Of a stretch of DNA of 64,000 nt, positions 48,802 through 58,194 are shown piece after piece (the stretch's first letter is position 1; each line of letters begins with the position of its first letter). Made by a program: the position numbers and the translations under genes. The notes under the pieces are model-generated. The model was not told the origin of the DNA. It searched no databases and saw only the letters and a program-made list of their open reading frames with translations. Source of the stretch: Cetobacterium sp. (GTDB lineage: Bacteria; Fusobacteriota; Fusobacteriia; Fusobacteriales; Fusobacteriaceae); the NCBI RefSeq assembly GCF_048470075.1, contig NZ_DBGBQB010000074.1:1532-65531 (forward strand), given 5' to 3'.

Positions 48802-50193
48802 TTATTTAGAAATTATATGTCTTACAGCTAATATCCCCATTACTGCGGCGATGTTCAATCCACTTCCATATCCTGAACTATCCCCTGCTGCATATAGCCC
48901 CTTTATATTAGTTTCCATATTAGCATCTATTTTTATTCTTGTACTTCTAAATTTAATCTCAGGGAAATATAATAATAAATCACTTGATGCGAACCCTGGT
49001 GTTATTTTGTCATGCACTTCAATAAACTCTATAATGTTGTCAAGAATTCTCTTAGGACAAGCAAGAGCTATATCTCCAGCTACATAATCCTCTGTTGTAG
49101 GTATAATATTTAATCTAGCTATAGATTCATCTGTTGATCTTCTTCCAACTTTAAGGTCTCCGTAGGATTGCATTAATATCTTTCCACCAGTTAACATTGA
49201 TGACATCTTTGCTATTGCTGTTGCATACTCAAATGGTTGCTTAAATGGTTCTGTAAATGTTTTAGTACATAGCAGTGCCAAGTTTGTATTTTGTGACTTT
49301 TTATCTTTATAAGCATGTCCATTTGCTAATACAACATCATCACTATGCTTTTCAGCCGCTATAAATCCACTTGGGTTTGAACAGAAAGTTCTCATTTTAT
49401 CTCTATATTTTGTTGTATGGTAGATCATCTTAGCTTCATAGAAGTTTTCATTGATATCCTTCATTACTAAATCTGGAATCTCCACTCTAACTCCTAAATC
49501 CACCGCTCCAGTCTCATAGGAAACTCCTGACTCTTCACACATCTCCATAAGTTTTTTAGCACCGCTTCTACCTAAACCTATTACAACATTTTTTGCATAG
49601 TAGTTCTCTACTTCATCCTTTTTATTTTTTACAGTTACTCCTTTTATTTCACCGTTTTCAATTATTAGCCCCTCAGCTGATCTCTCTGTTATAAACTCTA
49701 CACCTTTTTCTAAAAGAGAGTTTACTAACTTTGTATATAACTCTCTTGAACCATCTGTTCCTAGATGCATTGTTGGTGTATCTACCAATTGAACATTGTT
49801 CTCAATACATCTTTTCTTTATATCTAACATAACCTGATTATACTCTAATCCTGATGGCTTTTCATCAAATCCAAAATCTTTATAAATATTAGCCACATAC
49901 TGGATTGTTTCATTTACTATTGTCTTTCCTGTTAGAACGTGTACATCTCCACCAACTCTATAATCCATATTGAATTTAGAATCAGAGAAAGCTCCTGCCC
50001 CAGAAACTCCATAAATTATTGCACAAGTAGGACACTTTACGCATGTTCCTAACTTTTCTTTTGGACAAACTCTCTGTGTCAACATTCTTCCTTTGTCTAA
50101 AACTAAAATCCTTAAATCCTTATTTTTTTTAATGGCTTCATAAGCTCCGAAAACTCCAGCTTGTCCTCCACCTAAAAATATAATATCGTACAT
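48802..50193 (-). CDS. FAD-dependent oxidoreductase of unknown function (COG2509-like) with an N-terminal Cys cluster
   Basis: 463 aa. Motifs are MYDIIFLGGGQAGVFGA (GxGxxG), CPKEKLGTCVKCPTC, and a C-terminal GLYAAGDSSGYGSG. Confidence 0.6.
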   Translation of the reverse strand: MYDIIFLGGGQAGVFGAYEAIKKNKDLRILVLDKGRMLTQRVCPKEKLGTCVKCPTCAIIYGVSGAGAFSDSKFNMDYRVGGDVHVLTGKTIVNETIQYVANIYKDFGFDEKPSGLEYNQVMLDIKKRCIENNVQLVDTPTMHLGTDGSRELYTKLVNSLLEKGVEFITERSAEGLIIENGEIKGVTVKNKKDEVENYYAKNVVIGLGRSGAKKLMEMCEESGVSYETGAVDLGVRVEIPDLVMKDINENFYEAKMIYHTTKYRDKMRTFCSNPSGFIAAEKHSDDVVLANGHAYKDKKSQNTNLALLCTKTFTEPFKQPFEYATAIAKMSSMLTGGKILMQSYGDLKVGRRSTDESIARLNIIPTTEDYVAGDIALACPKRILDNIIEFIEVHDKITPGFASSDLLLYFPEIKFRSTRIKIDANMETNIKGLYAAGDSSGYGSGLNIAAVMGILAVRHIISK

Positions 50194-50216
50194 TTACTTT
50201 CCTCCATTTATGTTCT

Positions 50217-50693
50217 TTACTGTCTAAACCAGTTTACTTTTTCTAAATATATATCCTCTGGTAAGTTTGGATGAATCTCCCCAGTTTTCTGAGAATAGTT
50301 ATAGTTCCATCCGCCATTTTTACTAGCATTCTCAAAATCCTGTACATCATATACATTGTTAGAAGCTATTATAGCGTTACTTCCATAGGTTTTTGCCAAA
50401 CTTTTACGTCCATAAATCTCTGCAAAGGAGATTTTTTGCCCATTAGAATCCACATAATCTAAGATATGAAGATTCATATTTGCTCCAGCTTTAGTTAAGT
50501 CAGGATAAGTTCCTGTTATTTGATAGTATTTTTCTAAAGCGATTCTTAACTCTTTTGTATTTCTAATAGTTTCATCAATTTTATATGTCCCTGTTAGATC
50601 ATCAATTCCTCTCATAGCTAGATATATAAATAAAATAGTTACAGCTATATTTATAATCCAATTTAAAGTAGTTATTCTTCCGTCTTTTTCCAT
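50217..50693 (-). CDS. Hypothetical membrane-anchored protein with weak pseudopilin (GspG-core)-like features
   Basis: 158 aa with one N-terminal TM helix (WIINIAVTILFIYLAM). This is followed by ...TKELRIALEKYYQITGTYPDL, which resembles the T2SS/T4P pseudopilin head motif. No G/FTLIE prepilin cleavage motif is present. Confidence 0.35.
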   Translation of the reverse strand: MEKDGRITTLNWIINIAVTILFIYLAMRGIDDLTGTYKIDETIRNTKELRIALEKYYQITGTYPDLTKAGANMNLHILDYVDSNGQKISFAEIYGRKSLAKTYGSNAIIASNNVYDVQDFENASKNGGWNYNYSQKTGEIHPNLPEDIYLEKVNWFRQ

Positions 50694-50710
50694 ACTTCTA
50701 TAACCTCACT

Positions 50711-51820
50711 CTATCTTTTTGGTTTTATAAAAGCCTCTCTAATAATTATATCTCCACCTTTAGGTGATGTTATTTCAACCTCTAATGGACCTCTTTTTAC
50801 AGATAGCCATCCAAGACCTTTAAACACTAATTCCTCTCCAGTTTCCACTGTAAAAACTTCCACATTTTTTTCTAACTCATTAAACTCATCTCTACAACTA
50901 TCACATGGTGGAGTTAAAAACTCCGCTCTTTGCATTAGTTCCTTTGCTTTTTCTACATTAGTTTCATGGAATGTTACATCTTTTGATGCGTATAATGAGA
51001 ATATAGGTTTTAAATCATCTTCATTTAATACTCTCATTTGAATCATTCCACCAATTAGTATAACTCTATCTTTTTGCACCTTATAAGTCTTTCTTGATAT
51101 CTCATTAGCTGGAATTATATTTTGGTTACACTCTTGACATACAAAGTCAGAGAATCTTCCAGATGGGATCAATCCTGGTGTATCTATAAGTGTTATTTTT
51201 GAGAAAGGAATCTCAGTTTTAACACTTTTTAAAGTTGTTCCTGGAAACTTCGATACAGTTACTCTTTTTGCTCCTATAAGCTTATTTATAATACTTGATT
51301 TACCAACATTAGTAACTCCTAAAACTAAAGCATTGGCTCCCTCTGGATAGAAATGTTTTATTTTTTTAAATATTCCATTTATTCCATACCCATTCTTTGA
51401 ACTCACTATCGCTATATCAAGTGGAGATACTCCTTCCTCTCCCAATCTCTCTTTAACCCAATCGGCAACTTCAGATGGGTGCTTATCATCTGGAATTAAA
51501 TCTAACTTATTTATCACTACAATTGAGTCCATCTCTCTTAAAATATCCAATATCTCATCATCAAAAGATCCCTCAAAATCTATAATATCAAATACCGGTA
51601 TAGCTACATCCGCTTCCTCTAAGCTTTTTTGAACCTCTTTTCTATAGTCCTCTTTTGTCATTTTTATAGGAATATACTGTCCATAGTTTTTTATTTTAAA
51701 GCATCTTTGACAAAGTAGCTCTTTACTGTCGCTTTCTAAAACTGATTTAGGTAAATATCCATTGGAATTTGGATTTTCTCCTTGAAGTTCAATTCCACAT
51801 CCTATACATTTTTTTATCAT
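50711..51820 (-). CDS. yqeH: Ribosome biogenesis GTPase YqeH
   Basis: 369 aa. It has an N-terminal zinc ribbon CIGCGIELQ...CQRCFKIKNYG and a circularly permuted GTPase with NKLDL...GVTNVGKSS...DTPG. Confidence 0.88.
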   Translation of the reverse strand: MIKKCIGCGIELQGENPNSNGYLPKSVLESDSKELLCQRCFKIKNYGQYIPIKMTKEDYRKEVQKSLEEADVAIPVFDIIDFEGSFDDEILDILREMDSIVVINKLDLIPDDKHPSEVADWVKERLGEEGVSPLDIAIVSSKNGYGINGIFKKIKHFYPEGANALVLGVTNVGKSSIINKLIGAKRVTVSKFPGTTLKSVKTEIPFSKITLIDTPGLIPSGRFSDFVCQECNQNIIPANEISRKTYKVQKDRVILIGGMIQMRVLNEDDLKPIFSLYASKDVTFHETNVEKAKELMQRAEFLTPPCDSCRDEFNELEKNVEVFTVETGEELVFKGLGWLSVKRGPLEVEITSPKGGDIIIREAFIKPKR

Positions 51821-51857
51821 AAACTCTCCTTCAATCTATACTATTAATATTTTTATA

Positions 51858-52760
51858 TCATTTTAACTCTAACTCTTTAGACAACTCTTTTTTCTTTTTT
51901 TTCTCTAAAGCTTCTAAATATATTTTTGTTGAATCTAAATTTGAGTGGCCTAAAAGTTTTTGAAGTTGCAATAAACTTATTCCATTCTCCAACATATGCA
52001 CTGCAAATGTATGTCTGAAACTATGGGGACTAATCTCTTTAGTTATTCCAGCCTTTATACCATATCTATCAATAAGTCTTCTTAGGGAACGATCTGTTAG
52101 TCTACCTCCTGACCCATTGACAAATAGTATCTCCTTACTGTATTTATCTCCCAGCTTCTCCTTTTTTGCTGCCACATATCTTTTAAAGAACTCTTTTGCT
52201 CTTTCACTGAAAAACACCGTTCTATACTTTTTAAAGCTCATTACAATAACTTGTCTCTCATCTAAATTAAAGACTTCCTCTCCTAATCCTAGAAGCTCTT
52301 GCGATGTGATTCCGCTAGAATATAGCAGTTCTACAATTAATCTATCTCTTAAACTATGATAATTTTTTAACTCTATGGCTTTTCTAATCCTTCTTATCTC
52401 CTCTAGTTCAAGTACCTCTGGAACTCCCCTATCATAACTTGGAGCTACAATCAGTTGAGCAGGATTATTCTTAACTTTCCCAGTATCTTTTAGGTGTTTA
52501 AAAAACGATTTTAAAGAGGAGATCTTTCTATTTAAAGATCTTTTTCCTATATCACTACCTTGAAGCTCTATTAGGAACTCTCTAAAATTAAATCCATCTA
52601 TATCTGATATTTTCTCTAAATCATTGCATTTTACAATATATTCATTAAATCTATACAGATCTATTCGTAATGATTTTATTGTATTTAAGCTTTTTCCTTT
52701 AGCAAATTCACAGTGATATAAAAACTCCTTTATATCCCCTAATAAATTAAGAGTACCCAT
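51858..52760 (-). CDS. Tyrosine recombinase XerC/XerD family (CodV-like position)
   Basis: 300 aa. Motifs are ...RLIVELLYSSGITSQEL, HSFRHTFAVHML and LLGHSNLDSTKIY. It lies directly after trmFO, as in the Bacillus trmFO-codV arrangement. Confidence 0.85.
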   Translation of the reverse strand: MGTLNLLGDIKEFLYHCEFAKGKSLNTIKSLRIDLYRFNEYIVKCNDLEKISDIDGFNFREFLIELQGSDIGKRSLNRKISSLKSFFKHLKDTGKVKNNPAQLIVAPSYDRGVPEVLELEEIRRIRKAIELKNYHSLRDRLIVELLYSSGITSQELLGLGEEVFNLDERQVIVMSFKKYRTVFFSERAKEFFKRYVAAKKEKLGDKYSKEILFVNGSGGRLTDRSLRRLIDRYGIKAGITKEISPHSFRHTFAVHMLENGISLLQLQKLLGHSNLDSTKIYLEALEKKKKKELSKELELK

Positions 52761-52772
52761 CCCAAACTCCTT

Positions 52773-54083
52773 TTACTTCTCTTGACTTAACTTTTCATCT
52801 AAATAGTCCAAAGCTATTTTAGATATTTTATTATACTTCTCTTTTTTATCTCTAATTCTTTCATCTAAAGATTTTATAACACCAAAATTTGGTCCCATTG
52901 GTTGGAAATTTTTCTTTTCCTCTGTTATATATTTTATAATCGCTCCAATAGAACTTCTATCATCTAGTACCAGAGGTTCTTTCCCATCCATTTTTCTAAG
53001 AATATTTGTTGCAACCATTAATCCTGTAGCAATAGCACATACATATCCCTCTCCACCTGTTATCTGTCCAGCAAAGTATATATCCTCATTATTTTTTAAA
53101 TTCAAAGCAGGTGTCAATAGTTTTGTTGAATTTATAAATGTATTTCTATGCATAACTCCATATCTTACAAACTCTGCATTTTCAAGTCCTGGAATCATAG
53201 AGAAAACTCTTTTTTGCTCTCCCCACTTTAAGTTTGTTTGGAACCCTACCAAATTATATAGCTTTCCATCTTTATCATCCTGTCTTAATTGAACTACAGC
53301 AAAATCCTCTTTCTCTGTTCTAGGATTAACTAATCCCTTTGGTTTTAGTGGTCCAAATAGTAGAGTTTTAAATCCTCTTTGAGCTATTCTTTCTACAGGC
53401 ATACAAGCTTCAAATAACTTTTCCTCTTCAAATTTTTTCAAAGGTGCTCTTTCAGCTGATATTAGAGCCTCATAAAAAGCTTCATACTCCTCTTTATTCA
53501 TAGGACAGTTTATATACTCTCCATCCCCTTTATCATATCTCGATTGAAAATATACTTTATTTTTATCTATTGATTCTAAAGTTACAATTGGAGCTGCTGC
53601 ATCATAGAAATATAGATAATCTTGCTCCAGTAACTCCCCTATATTTTTTGATAGATCCTCTGATGTCAATGGTCCACTAGCTACTACAACTATCTTATCT
53701 TTTGGTATCTCTTTCAGTTCGTCATTTATTATCTCTATATTTTCTATAGAGTGCAATATCTTTGTAACTTTTTCTGAAAATCCCTCTCTATCTACGGCTA
53801 AAGCCTGTCCTGCTGGAACTTTTACTTCATCTGCTATCTCAATAAGTAGCGATCCCATTCTTCTAAGTTCCTCTTTCATCAATCCTGATGCATTTCCTAA
53901 ATGGTCTCCACCTAAAGAGTTACTGCATACTAATTCTGCAAACTTATCACTTTTATGAGCTTCTGTTGAAACTTTAGGTCTCATCTCATACAATTTAACT
54001 TTCACTCCATTTTTTGCCAATTGATAAGCTGCCTCTGAACCAGCCAATCCAGCTCCTATTACTATAACCTCTTTATTTATCAT
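52773..54083 (-). CDS. trmFO: Methylenetetrahydrofolate--tRNA-(uracil54-C5)-methyltransferase TrmFO
   Basis: 436 aa. Motifs are VIVIGAGLAGSEAAYQLA, ELVCSNS and FAGQITGGEGY. Confidence 0.92.
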   Translation of the reverse strand: MINKEVIVIGAGLAGSEAAYQLAKNGVKVKLYEMRPKVSTEAHKSDKFAELVCSNSLGGDHLGNASGLMKEELRRMGSLLIEIADEVKVPAGQALAVDREGFSEKVTKILHSIENIEIINDELKEIPKDKIVVVASGPLTSEDLSKNIGELLEQDYLYFYDAAAPIVTLESIDKNKVYFQSRYDKGDGEYINCPMNKEEYEAFYEALISAERAPLKKFEEEKLFEACMPVERIAQRGFKTLLFGPLKPKGLVNPRTEKEDFAVVQLRQDDKDGKLYNLVGFQTNLKWGEQKRVFSMIPGLENAEFVRYGVMHRNTFINSTKLLTPALNLKNNEDIYFAGQITGGEGYVCAIATGLMVATNILRKMDGKEPLVLDDRSSIGAIIKYITEEKKNFQPMGPNFGVIKSLDERIRDKKEKYNKISKIALDYLDEKLSQEK

Positions 54084-54113
54084 CTGTTCTCCTTTTTTTA
54101 TACATACAAAAGC

Positions 54114-54131
54114 CTCGCCTAAAAAGGCGAG
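54114..54131 (-). terminator. Probable intrinsic terminator of topA
   Basis: On the minus-strand RNA the stem is CUCGCCU-UUUU-AGGCGAG, followed by GCUUUUGU. It begins 10 nt after the topA stop. Confidence 0.55.
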
Positions 54132-54140
54132 TCCTTTTAA

Positions 54141-56399
54141 CTAATCTTTTTTTTCTTTTTCCAATTTTTTTATATTTTTACACTCTGGATACCCAGTACA
54201 AGCTAGGAATTTACCCCATCTACCTCTTCCAATTTTAAATGGTCTTCCACACTTTTCACAATTTCCAGCATTTTTTAGAATCTCATCCTCTTCCTTTTGG
54301 ATTTTGTCCATTATCCATTTTAACTGAACGATTCCATTTTTCTCTTCTATTGTACCATTCATAAGGAGTTTTTTCACCTCTCCAGGTAAAGATACTCTCT
54401 CATTATCCTCTTTGAAGTTTTCACTCTCTAAGTAACTACCAAAACGTCCTAGTTTTAGAAGAAGTCTGCTTCCATTACTTAAAAATACATCTGTCAACTT
54501 TCCTTGCTTAACTCTCAATTGCTCTTCCAATAACTCTCTAACTTTTATACTTCCATTTTTTATATCCTCTAACGGTATATCAATCCCTTTTAAAGAGTAT
54601 TTTTCTTTACAATTTTCATCTGTACAACAAAGGTATCTTCCGAATCTACCATTTTTCATAATCATATTTCCAGTTCCACATGGACATGGAACATCTGACA
54701 TTATAATTCTACTAGATTCCTCCTCTACCTTAACTTTATATAGTTCTAAATCCCTTGAAAGTTTTGAGTAGAAATCTTTTAGTATCTCAATCCAATCTCT
54801 TTCTCCCTCTTCAACTAAGTCCAAGCCATCCTCTAATGAGGCTGTAAATTTAACATCCATTATATCTTTAAAGTTTTTTTCCAGAATTGATTTTATCTCA
54901 TATCCTAGCTCTGTTGGAACAAAACTTTTTCCTTCAATCACAACATACTCTCTCTTTTTTAAAGTCTCTATTATTGAAGCATATGTAGATGGTCTACCTA
55001 TTCCATCAGCCTCTAATTTTTTTACTAAAGAGGACTCTGTCAATCTTGAAGGTGGTTTTGTCCAATCCTCCTTTATATTCAATTTTTTTAGTTTTAGGAA
55101 ATCTCCCTCATTTATTGAAGGGAACTCTCCCAGTGGAAGATCCTCTTCATCTTTAAAAACTTTATAGTATCCATCAAAAGTTATCTTATTTAATGTACCT
55201 CTAAACTGATAATCTCCATTTTCTAAGATTATTTCAAATTGCTCATACTGCATAGGAGCAAGTTGAGATATCATAAATCTTTCCCATATAAGTTTATAAA
55301 GTTTATATTGATCTGGTGCTAAATCCTTTTTTATTTTATCTGGCTCTAAATAGATATCAGTTGGTCTAACCGCTTCATGGGCATCCTGTATCTTTTCATC
55401 TTTTTTCTTTTTAGCTCCCTCTTTACCTAAATACTCTTTTCCAAAATTTTCTAAAATATAGCTTTTTGCCATATCTTTTGCTTCATCTGATATTCTTGTA
55501 GAGTCTGTTCTCATATAGGTAATCAAACCTTTTTGGTTTCCATCTATACTTACACCCTCATATAGTCCTTGAGCTACTGACATAGTTTTCGATGCAGAAA
55601 ATCCTAAATAAGATGAAGAAAGTTGCTGTAATGTACTTGTTTTTAGTGGTAATGGAGGGTTCTTAGTCTTTTTAGATACCTTTGAATTTATAACTGCATA
55701 CTCTGAGTTTAAAGTCAGCTGTATATTTTTTACAATATCCTCATCAGTTACTCTTTCAAATCTTTTTCCCTCTATTTTATAAAGAGAAAGGTTCATTTTA
55801 TTTTCAAACTCACCTTTTATATCCCAAAATTTTTCAGGAATAAATTTTGTAATCTTATCCTCTAAATCACATATTAATTTTAAAGCAACCGATTGCACTC
55901 TTCCAGCACTGGTATTTGAAGAGATTGACTTCCATAGAAGCGGACTTATCTCATATCCTACCAATCTATCTAAAATCCTTCTTGCTTGTTGAGCATTCAC
56001 TCTATTTATATCAACTTTTCTTGGATTTTTTATAGCCTCTCTTATTGCTCCATTTGTTATCTCATTAAACTCTATTCTATTAGCTTCATTTTCATCTAAT
56101 TTTAATGTTTGAGCTATGTGCCACGCAATAGCTTCTCCTTCTCTATCCGGGTCTGATGCCAAGTATACTTTATTTGATTTTTTTGCTAAATCCTTTAAAG
56201 TTTTTATTACATCCCCTTTTCCTCTTATCGTAGAATAGCTAGGTTTAAAATCATCTGCTACATCCACTCCTATTTTACTTTTAGGTAAATCTCTTACATG
56301 TCCAAAAGAAGCTGTAACATGAAAATTATTCCCCAATATTTTTTCAATTGTTTTCGCTTTTGCAGGTGATTCTACTATTACTAAATTTTTTTTCGCCAC
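54141..56399 (-). CDS. topA: DNA topoisomerase I
   Basis: It has the Toprim start (V/M)AKKNLVIVESPAKAKTIEKILG, the active-site region YMRTDS, and C-terminal zinc ribbons. I prefer the GTG start at 56399 because AGGGGTGA lies upstream. The ATG at 56432 lies only about 6 nt from the predicted transcription start and has no SD. Confidence 0.93.
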   Translation of the reverse strand: MAKKNLVIVESPAKAKTIEKILGNNFHVTASFGHVRDLPKSKIGVDVADDFKPSYSTIRGKGDVIKTLKDLAKKSNKVYLASDPDREGEAIAWHIAQTLKLDENEANRIEFNEITNGAIREAIKNPRKVDINRVNAQQARRILDRLVGYEISPLLWKSISSNTSAGRVQSVALKLICDLEDKITKFIPEKFWDIKGEFENKMNLSLYKIEGKRFERVTDEDIVKNIQLTLNSEYAVINSKVSKKTKNPPLPLKTSTLQQLSSSYLGFSASKTMSVAQGLYEGVSIDGNQKGLITYMRTDSTRISDEAKDMAKSYILENFGKEYLGKEGAKKKKDEKIQDAHEAVRPTDIYLEPDKIKKDLAPDQYKLYKLIWERFMISQLAPMQYEQFEIILENGDYQFRGTLNKITFDGYYKVFKDEEDLPLGEFPSINEGDFLKLKKLNIKEDWTKPPSRLTESSLVKKLEADGIGRPSTYASIIETLKKREYVVIEGKSFVPTELGYEIKSILEKNFKDIMDVKFTASLEDGLDLVEEGERDWIEILKDFYSKLSRDLELYKVKVEEESSRIIMSDVPCPCGTGNMIMKNGRFGRYLCCTDENCKEKYSLKGIDIPLEDIKNGSIKVRELLEEQLRVKQGKLTDVFLSNGSRLLLKLGRFGSYLESENFKEDNERVSLPGEVKKLLMNGTIEEKNGIVQLKWIMDKIQKEEDEILKNAGNCEKCGRPFKIGRGRWGKFLACTGYPECKNIKKLEKEKKD

Positions 56400-56444
56400 T
56401 GCTTTCACCCCTAATTTTTTCTCTATATACATTATTCGCTCTTA

Positions 56445-56473
56445 ATTATATTAGAAATTGTTAAAAAAATCAA
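56445..56473 (-). promoter_or_regulatory. Promoter of topA (TTGATT-17-TATAAT)
   Basis: On the minus strand the -35 TTGATT is at 56473-56468 and the -10 TATAAT at 56450-56445, with a 17-nt spacer. Confidence 0.6.
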
Positions 56474-56495
56474 CTAAGGTCATTAAGTTTCCTAT

Positions 56496-57560
56496 TTACA
56501 AACACCTTCTATAGTTTCCAGCTGGCAGGCTTTGAATATATCCCTCTATTTCTAACTCCATTAAATTACTCAATAGTTCATTCGTATCACAAGTGATTTT
56601 CTGTTTTATTTCCTCTAGATGCATTTTCGTTTTTAATACACTATATATCTCTAGTTTTATTCCTATTAATCTATTAAAGTTTTCACCTTTTTCATTTTTT
56701 TTATCCCAACCATACTCCTTTAAAATATCATCTCCCGATGTTATAAGTTTTGCTTGAGATGATTTTATGAGTTCATTACAACCTTGGGATAGAGGATATG
56801 TTATATCCCCTGGGATAGCAAAAACATCTCTTCCCTCATCTAAAGAGAGGTTTGCTGTTATTAGACTTCCCCCTTTTAAACTACTTTCAATAACAGCTAT
56901 TCCCTTAGATAATCCAGCTATTATTCTATTTCTTATTGGGAAATTTTTAGGAATAGGTCTCATTCCCAATGGGAACTCTGAAATTACCAACCCATATTTT
57001 TCAATCTCTTTTCTGATACCTATATTTGCTTGTGGATAGTATACATCTATACCACAACCTAAAACTGCTATGGTACTCCCTTTTAATTTTAGAGTTTCTG
57101 TATGTGCAATAGAATCTATTCCTAAAGCCAATCCACTGACAATAACAACTCCTCCATCTACGAGATTTTTAATCACTCTTTCACAACCTAGTTCTCCATA
57201 TTTAGTAGCTCTTCTTGTTCCTACTACTCCTATTACTCTCTTTTTATTTAAAAGTTCTACATTTCCTTTATAAAAAAGAAAAAGTGGAGGTTTTGTGATA
57301 TTTTTCAAACTTTCAGAATATCTATAGTCATTCATATCTATAAGTCCTATTCCATTATTTTCTAAATAATCCATAACCTCCAAATATTTTTCACAGTTTT
57401 TTGAATTCAAAATTAATTGGGTATCATCTGTAGTTAAATTTAAGGTATTTGTAAGTTCTTCTAATTTTTCAAAAATTTCCTTGTATCTTTTACAATTTTC
57501 CATTAAAACTCTAATCTTACTATTTTTTAAACCTATTAATTTTAATCGATACCACTCCAT
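56496..57560 (-). CDS. dprA: DNA processing protein DprA (Smf)
   Basis: 354 aa. The Rossmann-like core has VGTRRATKYG, VSGLALGIDSIAH, GGSLITA and a C-terminal winged-helix-like tail. Confidence 0.88.
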   Translation of the reverse strand: MEWYRLKLIGLKNSKIRVLMENCKRYKEIFEKLEELTNTLNLTTDDTQLILNSKNCEKYLEVMDYLENNGIGLIDMNDYRYSESLKNITKPPLFLFYKGNVELLNKKRVIGVVGTRRATKYGELGCERVIKNLVDGGVVIVSGLALGIDSIAHTETLKLKGSTIAVLGCGIDVYYPQANIGIRKEIEKYGLVISEFPLGMRPIPKNFPIRNRIIAGLSKGIAVIESSLKGGSLITANLSLDEGRDVFAIPGDITYPLSQGCNELIKSSQAKLITSGDDILKEYGWDKKNEKGENFNRLIGIKLEIYSVLKTKMHLEEIKQKITCDTNELLSNLMELEIEGYIQSLPAGNYRRCL

Positions 57561-57572
57561 CTTCCACCTCTT

Positions 57573-58193
57573 CTATCTAGAATATGTAGATGTTAACATG
57601 TTGCTAATCTCTTTTGATTGTGGATATAGTCTTCTTCCTTCCTGTAAAACTTCTCTTGCTCTTTCAATTTTTTTCTCTGCTAAATAGATATCTCCTAGAG
57701 CTAAAAAACCCTCTACACTTGGAGAATAATTCATATAAATCTGGATATCATCCACAGCTTTATTGTATCTTCCTAAATTTCTATAAGCCAACCCTCTTCC
57801 CAAATAAGCCTCTTTCATAGTTGGTTCTACACTGATTGCCACGCTATAAAAATCCACTGCCTTATTGTAGTCACCTATAAATCTGTAACTTGTTGCAGCT
57901 CCAAATAGATTTCTTGAACTATCTATATTACTACTAAAAATTTGTGCCGCTCTCTCATATTTTCTATTTCTAAAATACTGGTCTCCCAGATAAAAAACTT
58001 GATTTTCATCACCACTTATAGAGTCTATATAACTTTTAAAGTATCTTTCATACTCCTTTAGTAGCACTGCTGCCTTATCTCTATCATCCTCTCTCGCTAT
58101 TTGACTCTCTAAACTCTGGATATATTGTGGTCTTTGATCACTTAAAGCCACAAGACTTAAAAATAGAAATAAAATTCCCACTATTTTTTTCAT
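57573..58193 (-). CDS. Secreted tetratricopeptide-repeat protein
   Basis: 206 aa with a signal peptide (ILFLFLSLVALS). TPR-like repeats include YNKAVDFYSVAISVEP...AYLGRGLAYRNLGRYNKAVDD. Confidence 0.65.
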   Translation of the reverse strand: MKKIVGILFLFLSLVALSDQRPQYIQSLESQIAREDDRDKAAVLLKEYERYFKSYIDSISGDENQVFYLGDQYFRNRKYERAAQIFSSNIDSSRNLFGAATSYRFIGDYNKAVDFYSVAISVEPTMKEAYLGRGLAYRNLGRYNKAVDDIQIYMNYSPSVEGFLALGDIYLAEKKIERAREVLQEGRRLYPQSKEISNMLTSTYSR

Positions 58194-58194
58194 T

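Noticed and set aside
51858-52760. A tyrosine recombinase as a possible marker of an integrated mobile element or island.
   Set aside because: It sits in the conserved trmFO-xerC/codV housekeeping context. It has no flanking direct repeats or adjacent tRNA, no visible compositional shift, and no phage or transposon genes nearby.
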